This document shows positions 8,889 through 17,391 of a stretch of DNA of 64,000 nt, one piece after another. Each line of letters opens with the position of its first letter. Position 1 is the stretch's first letter. Below the pieces are notes generated by a model. That model had not been told where the DNA came from and did no database searches. It saw nothing but the letters and a program-made list of their open reading frames with translations. The position numbers were made by a program, and so were the translations under genes. Origin of the DNA: a virus; the IMG/VR virus record IMGVR_UViG_3300010354_000046, positions 64,001 to 128,000 of that record. The stretch is one strand, 5' to 3'.

Positions 8889-9454
8889 TTTTTAGTTCCT
8901 TTTCTAGGGTCAGGATTTTTAACTTTACCTAAAGGACTTGCTGAAGATTCTTTCTTAGGTTCTTTAACTTTATACTCTTCTAGTTCTGCTTTATTTTTAG
9001 TAAGGTCTTTTAGTAGTTTCATTTTTTGTGTTTCACCGACTAACTTTTGACCTTCAGAGCTAGCATCATAATCCTGTGTTAATACAGCTTCTCCAGATTT
9101 TTCCTTATTAGCTGTATTAATTTCAATTTCTCTTTCTTCAAGAGGGTTTCTAACTTTGATCCTACTTTCTGCAACGTTTAAGTTTCCACTTAAACTTGCA
9201 CGTACTTGTTGGCTTGTAGCAGGATACGCTAATTTAACATCAAAGATTGTAACTGGAATATTTTTTTGTTCTGGAAAGTCGGTGTATTGTTCTGCAATTG
9301 GCAAGCTCTTTCCGCCAGAACAACTTTCTACTTTATAAGTTGCAAGAGCTTGTTTAATTTTTGCAGAGCAATCTTTTGGGCAGTCGCCCGCGATTTTAAT
9401 TTTAAACTCGTAAACTTTTTTACCTTCGGTCAAATATTCTTTGAATGATTTCAT
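8885..9454 (-). CDS. Hypothetical head-associated protein with capsid-targeting-like N-terminus
   Basis: Starts MKSFKEYLTE; TAAATA at 9473-9478 and AGGA upstream. Confidence 0.75.
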   Translation of the reverse strand: MKSFKEYLTEGKKVYEFKIKIAGDCPKDCSAKIKQALATYKVESCSGGKSLPIAEQYTDFPEQKNIPVTIFDVKLAYPATSQQVRASLSGNLNVAESRIKVRNPLEEREIEINTANKEKSGEAVLTQDYDASSEGQKLVGETQKMKLLKDLTKNKAELEEYKVKEPKKESSASPLGKVKNPDPRKGTKK

Positions 9455-9475
9455 AGCGTAATCCTAATACTATAT

Positions 9476-9952
9476 TTATTTCATACTCTTTAATTTTTCA
9501 AGTAAGCTATTGCGATCTGTTACAATATATCCGTCACCACTTAGAGTAACACCATTATCTTCGTTAGCTTCTTGATCGAGTTTTTGCTTTTTAAGCTGAA
9601 GTTCTACCATTTTTAATTTTTTATCTAGTTTTGCTGATTTAGCATCAATGGCATTTTTAAGCATACTGGCTGCAACTTCAAACAAACGCCCGCTATAACG
9701 TGCTTCAACATTCATGCCCAAATCCATGATATCGTCGTAGGCATCAGTTGCTTTTCTAGCTAATTCGTCTAGTTCATTATCCGCCATTGAGCCCAGGCCT
9801 TCTACTTGTGGTAATGCGGCTGCAATTTTATCAAATTCAGCAGCATCTCTTAGAAATGATTCCGGCTTTGCTACTGCGGTTTTCTTTTCTTCTTCCTTAA
9901 TAATTTTTTTACTTTCAGGAAGGTTTAAGATTTCTTCAAGTTTCTTAGTCAT
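9476..9952 (-). CDS. terS: Probable terminase small subunit (gp16-like)
   Basis: 158 aa helical coiled coil, RLFEVA motif, C-terminal TDRNSLLEKLK; packaging-gene context. Confidence 0.6.
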   Translation of the reverse strand: MTKKLEEILNLPESKKIIKEEEKKTAVAKPESFLRDAAEFDKIAAALPQVEGLGSMADNELDELARKATDAYDDIMDLGMNVEARYSGRLFEVAASMLKNAIDAKSAKLDKKLKMVELQLKKQKLDQEANEDNGVTLSGDGYIVTDRNSLLEKLKSMK

Positions 9953-9966
9953 ACAATTACTTATGC

Positions 9967-10398
9967 TTACACTTTATCGAATATATCATTTTCATTTAAG
10001 ATTCTGAATCGGATACCCTGTTGCTTGCACCAATTATTTGCCGCTTGCCATTTAGCTTGATTTTTTACAAATTGTGCCTGATTATATTTGTTTTTTCCAA
10101 CACGTTCGAGTATTGTTTGACTGGCGGGTTTAATTTCAATAAGCTCAACGATTAGTCTACCGCGTTTATCTAAATACTGTATAAAAAAATCTGGAACATA
10201 TATGGTTTGTCTTCCTGTTAACGGATCTCTGTAAGGAATTTGTATGGCTTCGCTAGCCCACTTTTGTACATTTTCATTGGTATCGCAAAACCGCATGAAT
10301 GTCCATTCCCAACTACTTCTGTATACAGGAATTTTGTTTCCAACGTATTTTTCTGGGCGAGTCATGGTAAACTTACCCTTAGCAAATTTACCGGCCAT
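9967..10398 (-). CDS. Head completion nuclease (gp4-like, TnsA-type fold)
   Basis: YRSSWE, WASE..IPY, YVPDF, EIKP, AKWQAA motifs. Confidence 0.88.
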   Translation of the reverse strand: MAGKFAKGKFTMTRPEKYVGNKIPVYRSSWEWTFMRFCDTNENVQKWASEAIQIPYRDPLTGRQTIYVPDFFIQYLDKRGRLIVELIEIKPASQTILERVGKNKYNQAQFVKNQAKWQAANNWCKQQGIRFRILNENDIFDKV

Positions 10399-10400
10399 AA

Positions 10401-10763
10401 TTAGACTAGGATATTTCTAGAATCGTAGTTATCAGTAACGGGCGCTACTCGATAACCCAACAAGCTAGTTTTTTCCCTATACGAATTTAAAATTTGTGCT
10501 ACTACTTGGCTTAATTGTATTGCATTTAATTTTTTTAAACTATCAACTAACTCAAATACATTAATATTATCTAGTCTTGCTTGATTTAATAAAACTATGC
10601 TTGTGCTTCTTGCACTATCCAAATCAAATCCATTTTTTAAAAAGAACCCTACTACTGCATCAATTTGATTGCTAGGAAAGGTAATCTCATGATCAAAAAA
10701 TTTGTCAAAGAACTGTTTAACGTCGTCTGGTTGTTCTGATGGTAAGTTGTTTACTGTAGACAT
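10401..10763 (-). CDS. Hypothetical protein (tail/baseplate module)
   Basis: 120 aa ORF tightly packed in the late operon. Confidence 0.7.
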   Translation of the reverse strand: MSTVNNLPSEQPDDVKQFFDKFFDHEITFPSNQIDAVVGFFLKNGFDLDSARSTSIVLLNQARLDNINVFELVDSLKKLNAIQLSQVVAQILNSYREKTSLLGYRVAPVTDNYDSRNILV

Positions 10764-10767
10764 GATT

Positions 10768-11754
10768 TTAAGCTAAATTAACTGGTTTGGCAACTGTAAC
10801 ATTTGTAGTTGAAGATTGCGGAAAAGATACTCCTGCTATACCGCTAACACCTTGTTGAGATGTGTTTACCGTAGAAATGCCAGGTGAGCCAGCGACATTT
10901 TTTCCCTGGGTGTTTTGATAAGTGTTAATGCTCTGATAAGCATTTGCATAAAATGCTTCGGCATTATTTTTTAAATTGTTGCTGTCGTTAAAGCTGGGCG
11001 AGACTGTTGTTGGGGCCACACCTGTTAGTGGGCTAGGAGTTTGGTCATAATGTTCCACTCCAAACCCTACTACACTTTGGGTATCAACGGTGCCAACATT
11101 ATACTCAACAGCTTCGTATGCCAATGTCATTGTTTGGTCATGCGGTGTTGCGCTTTGAGCGTAATCAACTTTATTATGTGACCAACTAGTTATGATAGGA
11201 TTAATAAGTTTGTAACTGACAAACTCGTGTCTTGCCATTTGATAAATTATGATATAGTTAAAAAATGGTCTATCACTTCCGTTATCAAGTCCGTAAGGTG
11301 CTACAATACTATTAAAATTCTTTGTAGCTGTTTTGGCAAATGCACCACCTTTTCCTGCACTCTTACTATCAGCATAATAGTAACTGTAATAGTTTTGCCA
11401 TAACTGATTTATAACACCCATGTTATCGTCGTGGAATACAACATTAATATCTTTATATTTGTGAGTTATTTGTATTCTCTTTTTTCTATTATACTGGTTA
11501 ACTGTTTCAGCAGTAATATCGTACCCTGGAAGATCTATGTTTTTAACCAACATGCCAATTTCGTTTTTATGGCGTTGCACTAAGTTTATATCTTTGCATG
11601 CTGATTCATTGATGTTGAATGCTACGTGAAATAGAAATTTTTGTTTAGGAGCAAGTCTAAACTGATCGTCCGTAAATAGTCGGGCAGCATGTTGAGGATC
11701 CCGTAATAAAATTACCGGATCTGGTTTAAGTGCATTAGTAGGTGTAAAGGCCAT
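10768..11754 (-). CDS. Tail-tube-like protein (gp19/gp48/gp54 family)
   Basis: VKNIDLPG, NQYNRK, FHDDN, NPIITSW tube-fold pattern; directly downstream of the tail tube gene. Confidence 0.65.
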   Translation of the reverse strand: MAFTPTNALKPDPVILLRDPQHAARLFTDDQFRLAPKQKFLFHVAFNINESACKDINLVQRHKNEIGMLVKNIDLPGYDITAETVNQYNRKKRIQITHKYKDINVVFHDDNMGVINQLWQNYYSYYYADSKSAGKGGAFAKTATKNFNSIVAPYGLDNGSDRPFFNYIIIYQMARHEFVSYKLINPIITSWSHNKVDYAQSATPHDQTMTLAYEAVEYNVGTVDTQSVVGFGVEHYDQTPSPLTGVAPTTVSPSFNDSNNLKNNAEAFYANAYQSINTYQNTQGKNVAGSPGISTVNTSQQGVSGIAGVSFPQSSTTNVTVAKPVNLA

Positions 11755-11759
11755 AATAA

Positions 11760-11765
11760 TATTTA
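11760..11765 (-). promoter_or_regulatory. Late-promoter-like TAAATA motif
   Basis: aATAAATA-ttatt-ATG. Confidence 0.6.
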
Positions 11766-11801
11766 TTCAAAGAATAAACTGGGTATATTATAGATATCTA
11801 T

Positions 11802-11824
11802 AAAAAAGCCCGCTTAGAGCGGGC
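11802..11824 (-). terminator. Intrinsic terminator after the tail tube gene
   Basis: GCCCGCT-CTA-AGCGGGC-TTTTTT. Confidence 0.85.
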
Positions 11825-11837
11825 AATTTTAAAAATA

Positions 11838-12464
11838 TTAAGCTCTTGCACCTGCCGATGTAGCAGCAGTACCTTGTAATCTTCCAGTTGGTGCTGCGGC
11901 ACCGCCTAAAGTTTGAATACAGTTATCAGGTTGAATTGTTAAGTCAATTGTCATGATATCTTGTGCGCCATAGCTCAATGCATTATAGTTAGCTTGTTGT
12001 ACATAACATCCGTAGCATTCCCATGTTTCTAGGACTGCTGGAGTATGTGTACCGTTACCGCCGTCAAGCATTTCAATACGCATTAAGAACTTGTAGTCGC
12101 CGCCTGCGGCTGCTGAACTTTGTTCAAAATAGTCGAATTGTTTTTGCATTTGTTCGCCGACTAGCTTGCTTACTGCACCAGTTACATCGTCACGCAATTT
12201 AACTGTGAAAGTATTCCACTTTGGACGACCTGCATAGTTAATTGTTGAATTGTACACCATGATGGTTTGGTTATCTTGTTGTACATTTGGACGGGCAGCT
12301 TCGCTGACCTGTTTTGTTAGTTCTGTTGTAGGGCTACTTACACCAAAGTTCTCAAACATAATTCTAAAACGATATTTGAGCTTAGGCATTAACAAGCCTT
12401 GCGTACTAGAGCTTTGGTCCGATGCTAGTGGAACTGTGAATTTTGATAAACTTGCGATTGCCAT
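11838..12464 (-). CDS. Tail tube protein (gp19-like)
   Basis: PKLKYRFR, YAGRPKW, ETWECYGC; immediately downstream of the sheath gene. Confidence 0.85.
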   Translation of the reverse strand: MAIASLSKFTVPLASDQSSSTQGLLMPKLKYRFRIMFENFGVSSPTTELTKQVSEAARPNVQQDNQTIMVYNSTINYAGRPKWNTFTVKLRDDVTGAVSKLVGEQMQKQFDYFEQSSAAAGGDYKFLMRIEMLDGGNGTHTPAVLETWECYGCYVQQANYNALSYGAQDIMTIDLTIQPDNCIQTLGGAAAPTGRLQGTAATSAGARA

Positions 12465-12481
12465 TTGTTATGCTCCGTTAA

Positions 12482-15451
12482 TTATTTTAGACCTTTAATT
12501 TCACCAGTGTTCTTTAAGCGTAGTGGAATGTAGATAAATTCAACTGCCTTAACTGGTTCAATCGCAATATCTAAGTAGAGTTCGTTGCGATCGATTCTTG
12601 AAGGTGTATTATTGCTTGAATCACAGACTACAATGTAATCATACAATGCTCGTTGACCTACTAGCTCAAGTAATAAACTTTCTGCTGCACCTTTTAGCTC
12701 ATCTCGTGTAATTTTATCGTTAGGTTCAAAAATGTATGGCTTAGCCAATATTGACAACTGACGACGTAGGTACACAACTAAACGTGCTACGTTTATACGA
12801 TCTAAGGCACTTGCATTCTTTGCTCGAGTCTTTTGACCGTAGTTTACTAGACCAACACCCGTTAAGAATGTAATTGGATTAATCTTAGCGTCATACAATG
12901 TATCACGTTGTCCAGTATTAAATGCAACTGATTGGAATTCGCCTTCGCTTGTGATATAGCCAACTGCTGTTGCGTTAGTAATACCACCACGACGTGTTCC
13001 TGCTGGCGCAAACCAAGGATAAGCAACTTGATCGTTTAGCGCAATAGTACGTAACATCATGTGACTTGGAGGAACTGCAATGTTATTTCCAATGTTGTCA
13101 CTTGAGTAACCCCATGGATAGAACATAGCCATGTACTCGTCAAAACTAGTGGCTCCTTTGTCATTATCTTCTAATGCACCTGCGGTGTTATTGCCCCAGT
13201 TACTGATACTTGTTGCATCTGGTGTTAAACGTGCTGGTGTATCCCCAACAATGAATGCTGTTAAACCTCTATCGTAATTTAAGCTAATCATTTCGCCAAT
13301 TAACTCAGGATATCCTGGAGTAGCAATTAAGTTAAAGATACGTGATTCTTCGTCGCGGATTTGTTGGTTACTATTAACAACTGCTTGGAGTTTTTGTACT
13401 ACACACTTGCGTTGTGCAAATCTACCAAATGTTCCTGAACCGTCTTCATTGTTAGCAGCTTCGCTAACCCAACGGTGTGGATAGTATGTAGACATCGATT
13501 CATCGCCTGCTCTTGCATTGTCTGCATCAACATCGATATAGTTCTTAACAAAACGCTTGACGTTAAACCCTGAACGACGTAAGTTCCATAACAACATACC
13601 ACGTGGGTATAGTGCTGGATCTGGTGCATCTGGATCTAAGAAATCGCTGCTTAATAAATCTTTAATGCTACTTGCAGCTTCTTCTGCATTTGCACCTTGT
13701 GCTGTCCAACGTGCATCGCGGAATAAAATTCCTTCGTCGGTTGTTTGGTCGGTTTTGTCAACTAAGACCCACTTACCGCCCATTCTGCGATAAACTAGTG
13801 GGAAGTTTTCTAAATCAGCTGTGCTAATCCATAAATCATTATCAACTAGTGCTGTGCCATCACTTTGTAATGTTGGAGCACTGGCGCTTACTTGTGGACC
13901 GTTAGGATCTGTAGTTGGGAATTTATTTAGATAACCCTCCCAATCGCTTCCATTGTGTACCATGATATCAACCTCATCAATAGTGCTGTTGTACCATAGT
14001 CTGCCGTCTGCTGGAATATCAACTGGTTCATCTGGACCAATTTTAGCCATTGCATCTCCAACAACTAACGGTGTCCATAATGTGGCTAAGAAACGAAGGT
14101 TTGTTGGTGTTACTCCTGGACTGTCAAAACGATTAGTAGCTGCAAAAATATTTTTTGTAAATCCAGTACCTGTCATTCCTGTGAATTCAAAATCACCGCC
14201 TAGTTTATGAGTAATTGTTACATAACCTAACGCATCAACTGTGGCTGTTAGATTCGTAAACCCTGCATTGTTAAATGCAGTAGCAAAAGCATTACCTGTT
14301 GTAACTATGTCTGCTGGAGTAGCATTTCCTGCTGATGTAAAGCTAATAGTTTCTGTATTCCATGAACCATCAACTAAACTTTCTAACACAGTTGCGCCAG
14401 TTGCGCCAGTACCACTAATTGCAGTAACCTGTGTTACTGAAGTGCTGCCTGTGCCATTACGTGCCCAAATTTTGAAACTGCAATGAGCTGTTGAATTAAA
14501 TCGAACGTATGTTGCACCTAGTGCAAGGTTAGAGCCGCCTCCAATAGGATCAAGGCCCGCAAGTGCTTTAGCACCGTCTGCATAGATTGGAGCTGCTTGC
14601 TTAAGCCATGCGCCTGTTGCTAAATTATATCGTTTAACATTATAGTTAGCACCTTTATTTGGCGTTGTTGTCTTGACCCAAACAGAACCGTCTCCGGCTG
14701 TTGCAGTTCCTTTCCAATCAGGAATGTTTGTATGGGAAGCAACAGATAAAATCTTATCAAGACCTGCTTGTGTTGCCCATGTTGTTGTACCTACTTCAAT
14801 CCAAACACCGCCCGTTTTAAACCATAGTGTAACGTCGTTGATTGAAGCATCGGCAGCATTTTCTAAACATACTACTGCGTATTCTCCATTTGCACCAATT
14901 GATGATTTTGGAGTATAATCTTCGCCGCCAAAGTCGGAAACTTTAGTAGGATCGGTAATTACAATGGGTGCTTTATTTGTAAAAGTTTGATTTGTTTCGC
15001 TCCACTCAAAAATACCAAACAGCGTATTTTGTGTATCGAACCAAAATGTTCCATCTGCTGGTGCGCCGCTTGGTGCGTCAACAGTTGCATCTAGTTGACC
15101 AAGGTCAACGTCAGCACGTACTACATAAGCGCGATTGCTAACGCCTAAGAAGCTGTATGCTGCTTGCAATCCGTATTCGTTCTGCTCACCTGCATGAATA
15201 GGATTGTTATTAGCGTCTGTCTTAAAGATAGGTGTTCCAAACGTATCTCCAAGATCTTTTTGACTTGTTAATAGATAAACGGTACCGGCATTAGCTTTTA
15301 ATGTTCCGGGAGCAATACCTGTTCCTGCACTATTTTGTTTACTTTCTTCAGAAGTAACAATAATTAGAGGAACTGTGCCTGGTGCGGCCGGGGTATAAAA
15401 ACTCTCGTCGATTACTGAAACCGATACGCCTGGTGAACTGAGTTGAGCCAT
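12482..15451 (-). CDS. Contractile tail sheath protein (gp18-like)
   Basis: SPGVSV..IDES, FGTP, PWFAPAG.RRG, LY..KINPI, YGQKT, DRINVARL, FEPND, EPVKAVEFI. Confidence 0.96.
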   Translation of the reverse strand: MAQLSSPGVSVSVIDESFYTPAAPGTVPLIIVTSEESKQNSAGTGIAPGTLKANAGTVYLLTSQKDLGDTFGTPIFKTDANNNPIHAGEQNEYGLQAAYSFLGVSNRAYVVRADVDLGQLDATVDAPSGAPADGTFWFDTQNTLFGIFEWSETNQTFTNKAPIVITDPTKVSDFGGEDYTPKSSIGANGEYAVVCLENAADASINDVTLWFKTGGVWIEVGTTTWATQAGLDKILSVASHTNIPDWKGTATAGDGSVWVKTTTPNKGANYNVKRYNLATGAWLKQAAPIYADGAKALAGLDPIGGGSNLALGATYVRFNSTAHCSFKIWARNGTGSTSVTQVTAISGTGATGATVLESLVDGSWNTETISFTSAGNATPADIVTTGNAFATAFNNAGFTNLTATVDALGYVTITHKLGGDFEFTGMTGTGFTKNIFAATNRFDSPGVTPTNLRFLATLWTPLVVGDAMAKIGPDEPVDIPADGRLWYNSTIDEVDIMVHNGSDWEGYLNKFPTTDPNGPQVSASAPTLQSDGTALVDNDLWISTADLENFPLVYRRMGGKWVLVDKTDQTTDEGILFRDARWTAQGANAEEAASSIKDLLSSDFLDPDAPDPALYPRGMLLWNLRRSGFNVKRFVKNYIDVDADNARAGDESMSTYYPHRWVSEAANNEDGSGTFGRFAQRKCVVQKLQAVVNSNQQIRDEESRIFNLIATPGYPELIGEMISLNYDRGLTAFIVGDTPARLTPDATSISNWGNNTAGALEDNDKGATSFDEYMAMFYPWGYSSDNIGNNIAVPPSHMMLRTIALNDQVAYPWFAPAGTRRGGITNATAVGYITSEGEFQSVAFNTGQRDTLYDAKINPITFLTGVGLVNYGQKTRAKNASALDRINVARLVVYLRRQLSILAKPYIFEPNDKITRDELKGAAESLLLELVGQRALYDYIVVCDSSNNTPSRIDRNELYLDIAIEPVKAVEFIYIPLRLKNTGEIKGLK

Positions 15452-15482
15452 ATTAGAATCTCCATGAATACAATTCTTAATG

Positions 15483-15550
15483 TATTTAGTGGATTTTGGT
15501 ATTTTGGCTAGGTTATAAGCCCTGAAAAAGGGATAGAAAAGGTGTAAATA
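15483..15550. promoter_or_regulatory. Divergent TAAATA late-promoter-like motifs (sheath and HNH)
   Basis: TAAATA on minus at 15483-15488 and on plus at 15545-15550. Confidence 0.55.
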
Positions 15551-15555
15551 TTTGT

Positions 15556-15891
15556 ATGAGACCTTTATGCAAGTGCGGGCAAAGGCCTGCGGCAGTGAAT
15601 TATTATAAAAATGGACGGGCTTATTACCGTAGCCAATGTGAATCCTGTCTTAAAGGCGGGTTATTCTCTGGTATCCCTCGTTGGCAGCGAGCAGGATATA
15701 AAATGAAAAACACTTGCGACAAATGCGGGTTTAAAAGTCCACACAAAGAAGTGTTCAATGTATTTCATGTAGACGGCGATTTAAATAATTGCCGTCCAGC
15801 TAATCTTAAGACTGTGTGTGCAAACTGTCAACGAGTCCTGCATAAAGAGGGCGTTCGTTGGCGTCAAGGGGATCTTGTACCAGACCTTTAA
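15556..15891 (+). CDS. Zinc-finger HNH-like endonuclease
   Basis: CxC...CxxC, then CDKCG...FHVDGDLNN...NL..VCANC. Confidence 0.8.
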   Translation: MRPLCKCGQRPAAVNYYKNGRAYYRSQCESCLKGGLFSGIPRWQRAGYKMKNTCDKCGFKSPHKEVFNVFHVDGDLNNCRPANLKTVCANCQRVLHKEGVRWRQGDLVPDL

Positions 15892-16498
15892 CTTGGTCAA
15901 ACAGATTTTCAATACTACCGTTATTGTCCAGTACGGCATCAAAATCCGTGCCAACCCATGCAGTTTCGCTAGCATGAATTTTATACTTGGCCATCCTGTC
16001 TTTAGCTATGGCCCAACCAATATGACGATTTCCTTTATTAACGGCTACTGCGTCTTCGTACCACTCGGGTTCGTCACCGCGAACTACACGTATAACTCTG
16101 CCGCCAGCATTTCTGATACTTTTAATTTCGTTAGGAAAACGGCAGTCGGAGATTACAATATCGTCTTTGCTAGTACGTAGTTTATTTTCAAGGGCAGCAA
16201 TCCAAATATCATCGTGGAAGGCTTTACGGCATACTTCTGTGCCCCAATACTGTAAAATCCAACGAGGAGTAATATCCATACCCAACCGATTACTCCACCA
16301 CTCGTCACGTTGTTCTCGCCATTCACGGGCTTGTTTTGTGCGCCCTTCTAGCATAGTTCTATCCCAGCCAAAAACATGGGCTACAGCGTCTTTTAGGCTG
16401 TTAGCAAAACTTTCTCGTCTAAATCCATGGTAATTAACCAGGTAATCAGCAATGGTATCTTTGCCCGAACCAATGAACCCGCAAACGCCAATAATCAT
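15806..16498 (-). CDS. Deoxynucleoside monophosphate kinase (T4 gp1-like)
   Basis: GFIGSGKDT P-loop, FA..LKD, TPRWILQ.WGTE, SDCRFPNE, HASE. Confidence 0.92.
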   Translation of the reverse strand: MIIGVCGFIGSGKDTIADYLVNYHGFRRESFANSLKDAVAHVFGWDRTMLEGRTKQAREWREQRDEWWSNRLGMDITPRWILQYWGTEVCRKAFHDDIWIAALENKLRTSKDDIVISDCRFPNEIKSIRNAGGRVIRVVRGDEPEWYEDAVAVNKGNRHIGWAIAKDRMAKYKIHASETAWVGTDFDAVLDNNGSIENLFDQVKGLVQDPLDANERPLYAGLVDSLHTQS

Positions 16499-16502
16499 AA
16501 GA

Positions 16503-16550
16503 ACCCCCGTAATTTCTGCTAGTATATAACAAAAAGATTACGGGGGTCAA
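16503..16550 (-). promoter_or_regulatory. sigma70-like promoter with an SD-sequestering inverted repeat
   Basis: TTGACC-N18-TATACT; 11-bp arms ACCCCCGTAAT / ATTACGGGGGT, the second arm covering the ribosome-binding site. Confidence 0.6.
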
Positions 16551-16557
16551 GAATTTT

Positions 16558-17349
16558 TTAGCCAATAATAAATGTGTAAGGAACCCCGCCTGGGACTAAG
16601 TCAAGTATTTCTTTTTCGAGCTTTTCAATTTCTTGATTGCCTGCGGTTTGCAATGCTGTACCATTAAGAGTAATAGGGCTTCCTGGGCCTGCAATACTGC
16701 CAAACTTACTACGGGCTTCGCCTAGCATTAATTTACAAACTGCTAAAGTGTAATCGTACAACCATTGTTTTGCATAAAGATCTTGCAGTAATACAAAATC
16801 AGGCCTATAATTTTGTGTTCGCATTAAAATCTGTTCGCCTTGTGCAAATGGCCTTTGTAAAATAGTTAACATGTGATTAGTAGGATTAAATTTGAATTCA
16901 ATATAGCTACCAAACATTTTACCTACTAGTTTTTGGTAACCTGCAAATAATTCGTATGTTGCAAGCCCGCCCATCATAGTACCGCTTAGTAGATAAGTGT
17001 TAGTGTACGCCAAGTTGAACGGCTCGAACAATGTTCCGCCTGCACCCAAACCACTTCTACTGCCTACTGCCCTTCTAAAAATAGATTGCACATTGATAAT
17101 TTCATTAGGAAGCCTGTATTCATTAACATCTTGTTGCAGTTCTAAAAAGCTATAACTTTCTTCAACTGCATTACTGCTACGTTGTCTAAATTTTGTTAAG
17201 GCGCGATCTAGTGCAATTTCCATGTGTTTAGGATCTAACTCGACGTCAACCATACCATCGCCTAGCATGGTTTTAACGTAATCAAACACTTTGTTACGTT
17301 CAATTAAACTTGTAGATTCGCTAGGATCTTGTGGATAAGTATCTGCCAT
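16558..17349 (-). CDS. Neck protein (gp13-like)
   Basis: LG...VDVEL, WLYDYTLA.CK..LG..RSKF, ITLNG motifs. Confidence 0.85.
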   Translation of the reverse strand: MADTYPQDPSESTSLIERNKVFDYVKTMLGDGMVDVELDPKHMEIALDRALTKFRQRSSNAVEESYSFLELQQDVNEYRLPNEIINVQSIFRRAVGSRSGLGAGGTLFEPFNLAYTNTYLLSGTMMGGLATYELFAGYQKLVGKMFGSYIEFKFNPTNHMLTILQRPFAQGEQILMRTQNYRPDFVLLQDLYAKQWLYDYTLAVCKLMLGEARSKFGSIAGPGSPITLNGTALQTAGNQEIEKLEKEILDLVPGGVPYTFIIG

Positions 17350-17366
17350 TTTTAGTTCTCCTAGTA

Positions 17367-17386
17367 TATTTAGCTGGCGATAAATA
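17367..17386. promoter_or_regulatory. Back-to-back TAAATA late-promoter-like motifs
   Basis: Minus 17367-17372 and plus 17381-17386. Confidence 0.6.
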
Positions 17387-17391
17387 TCATT

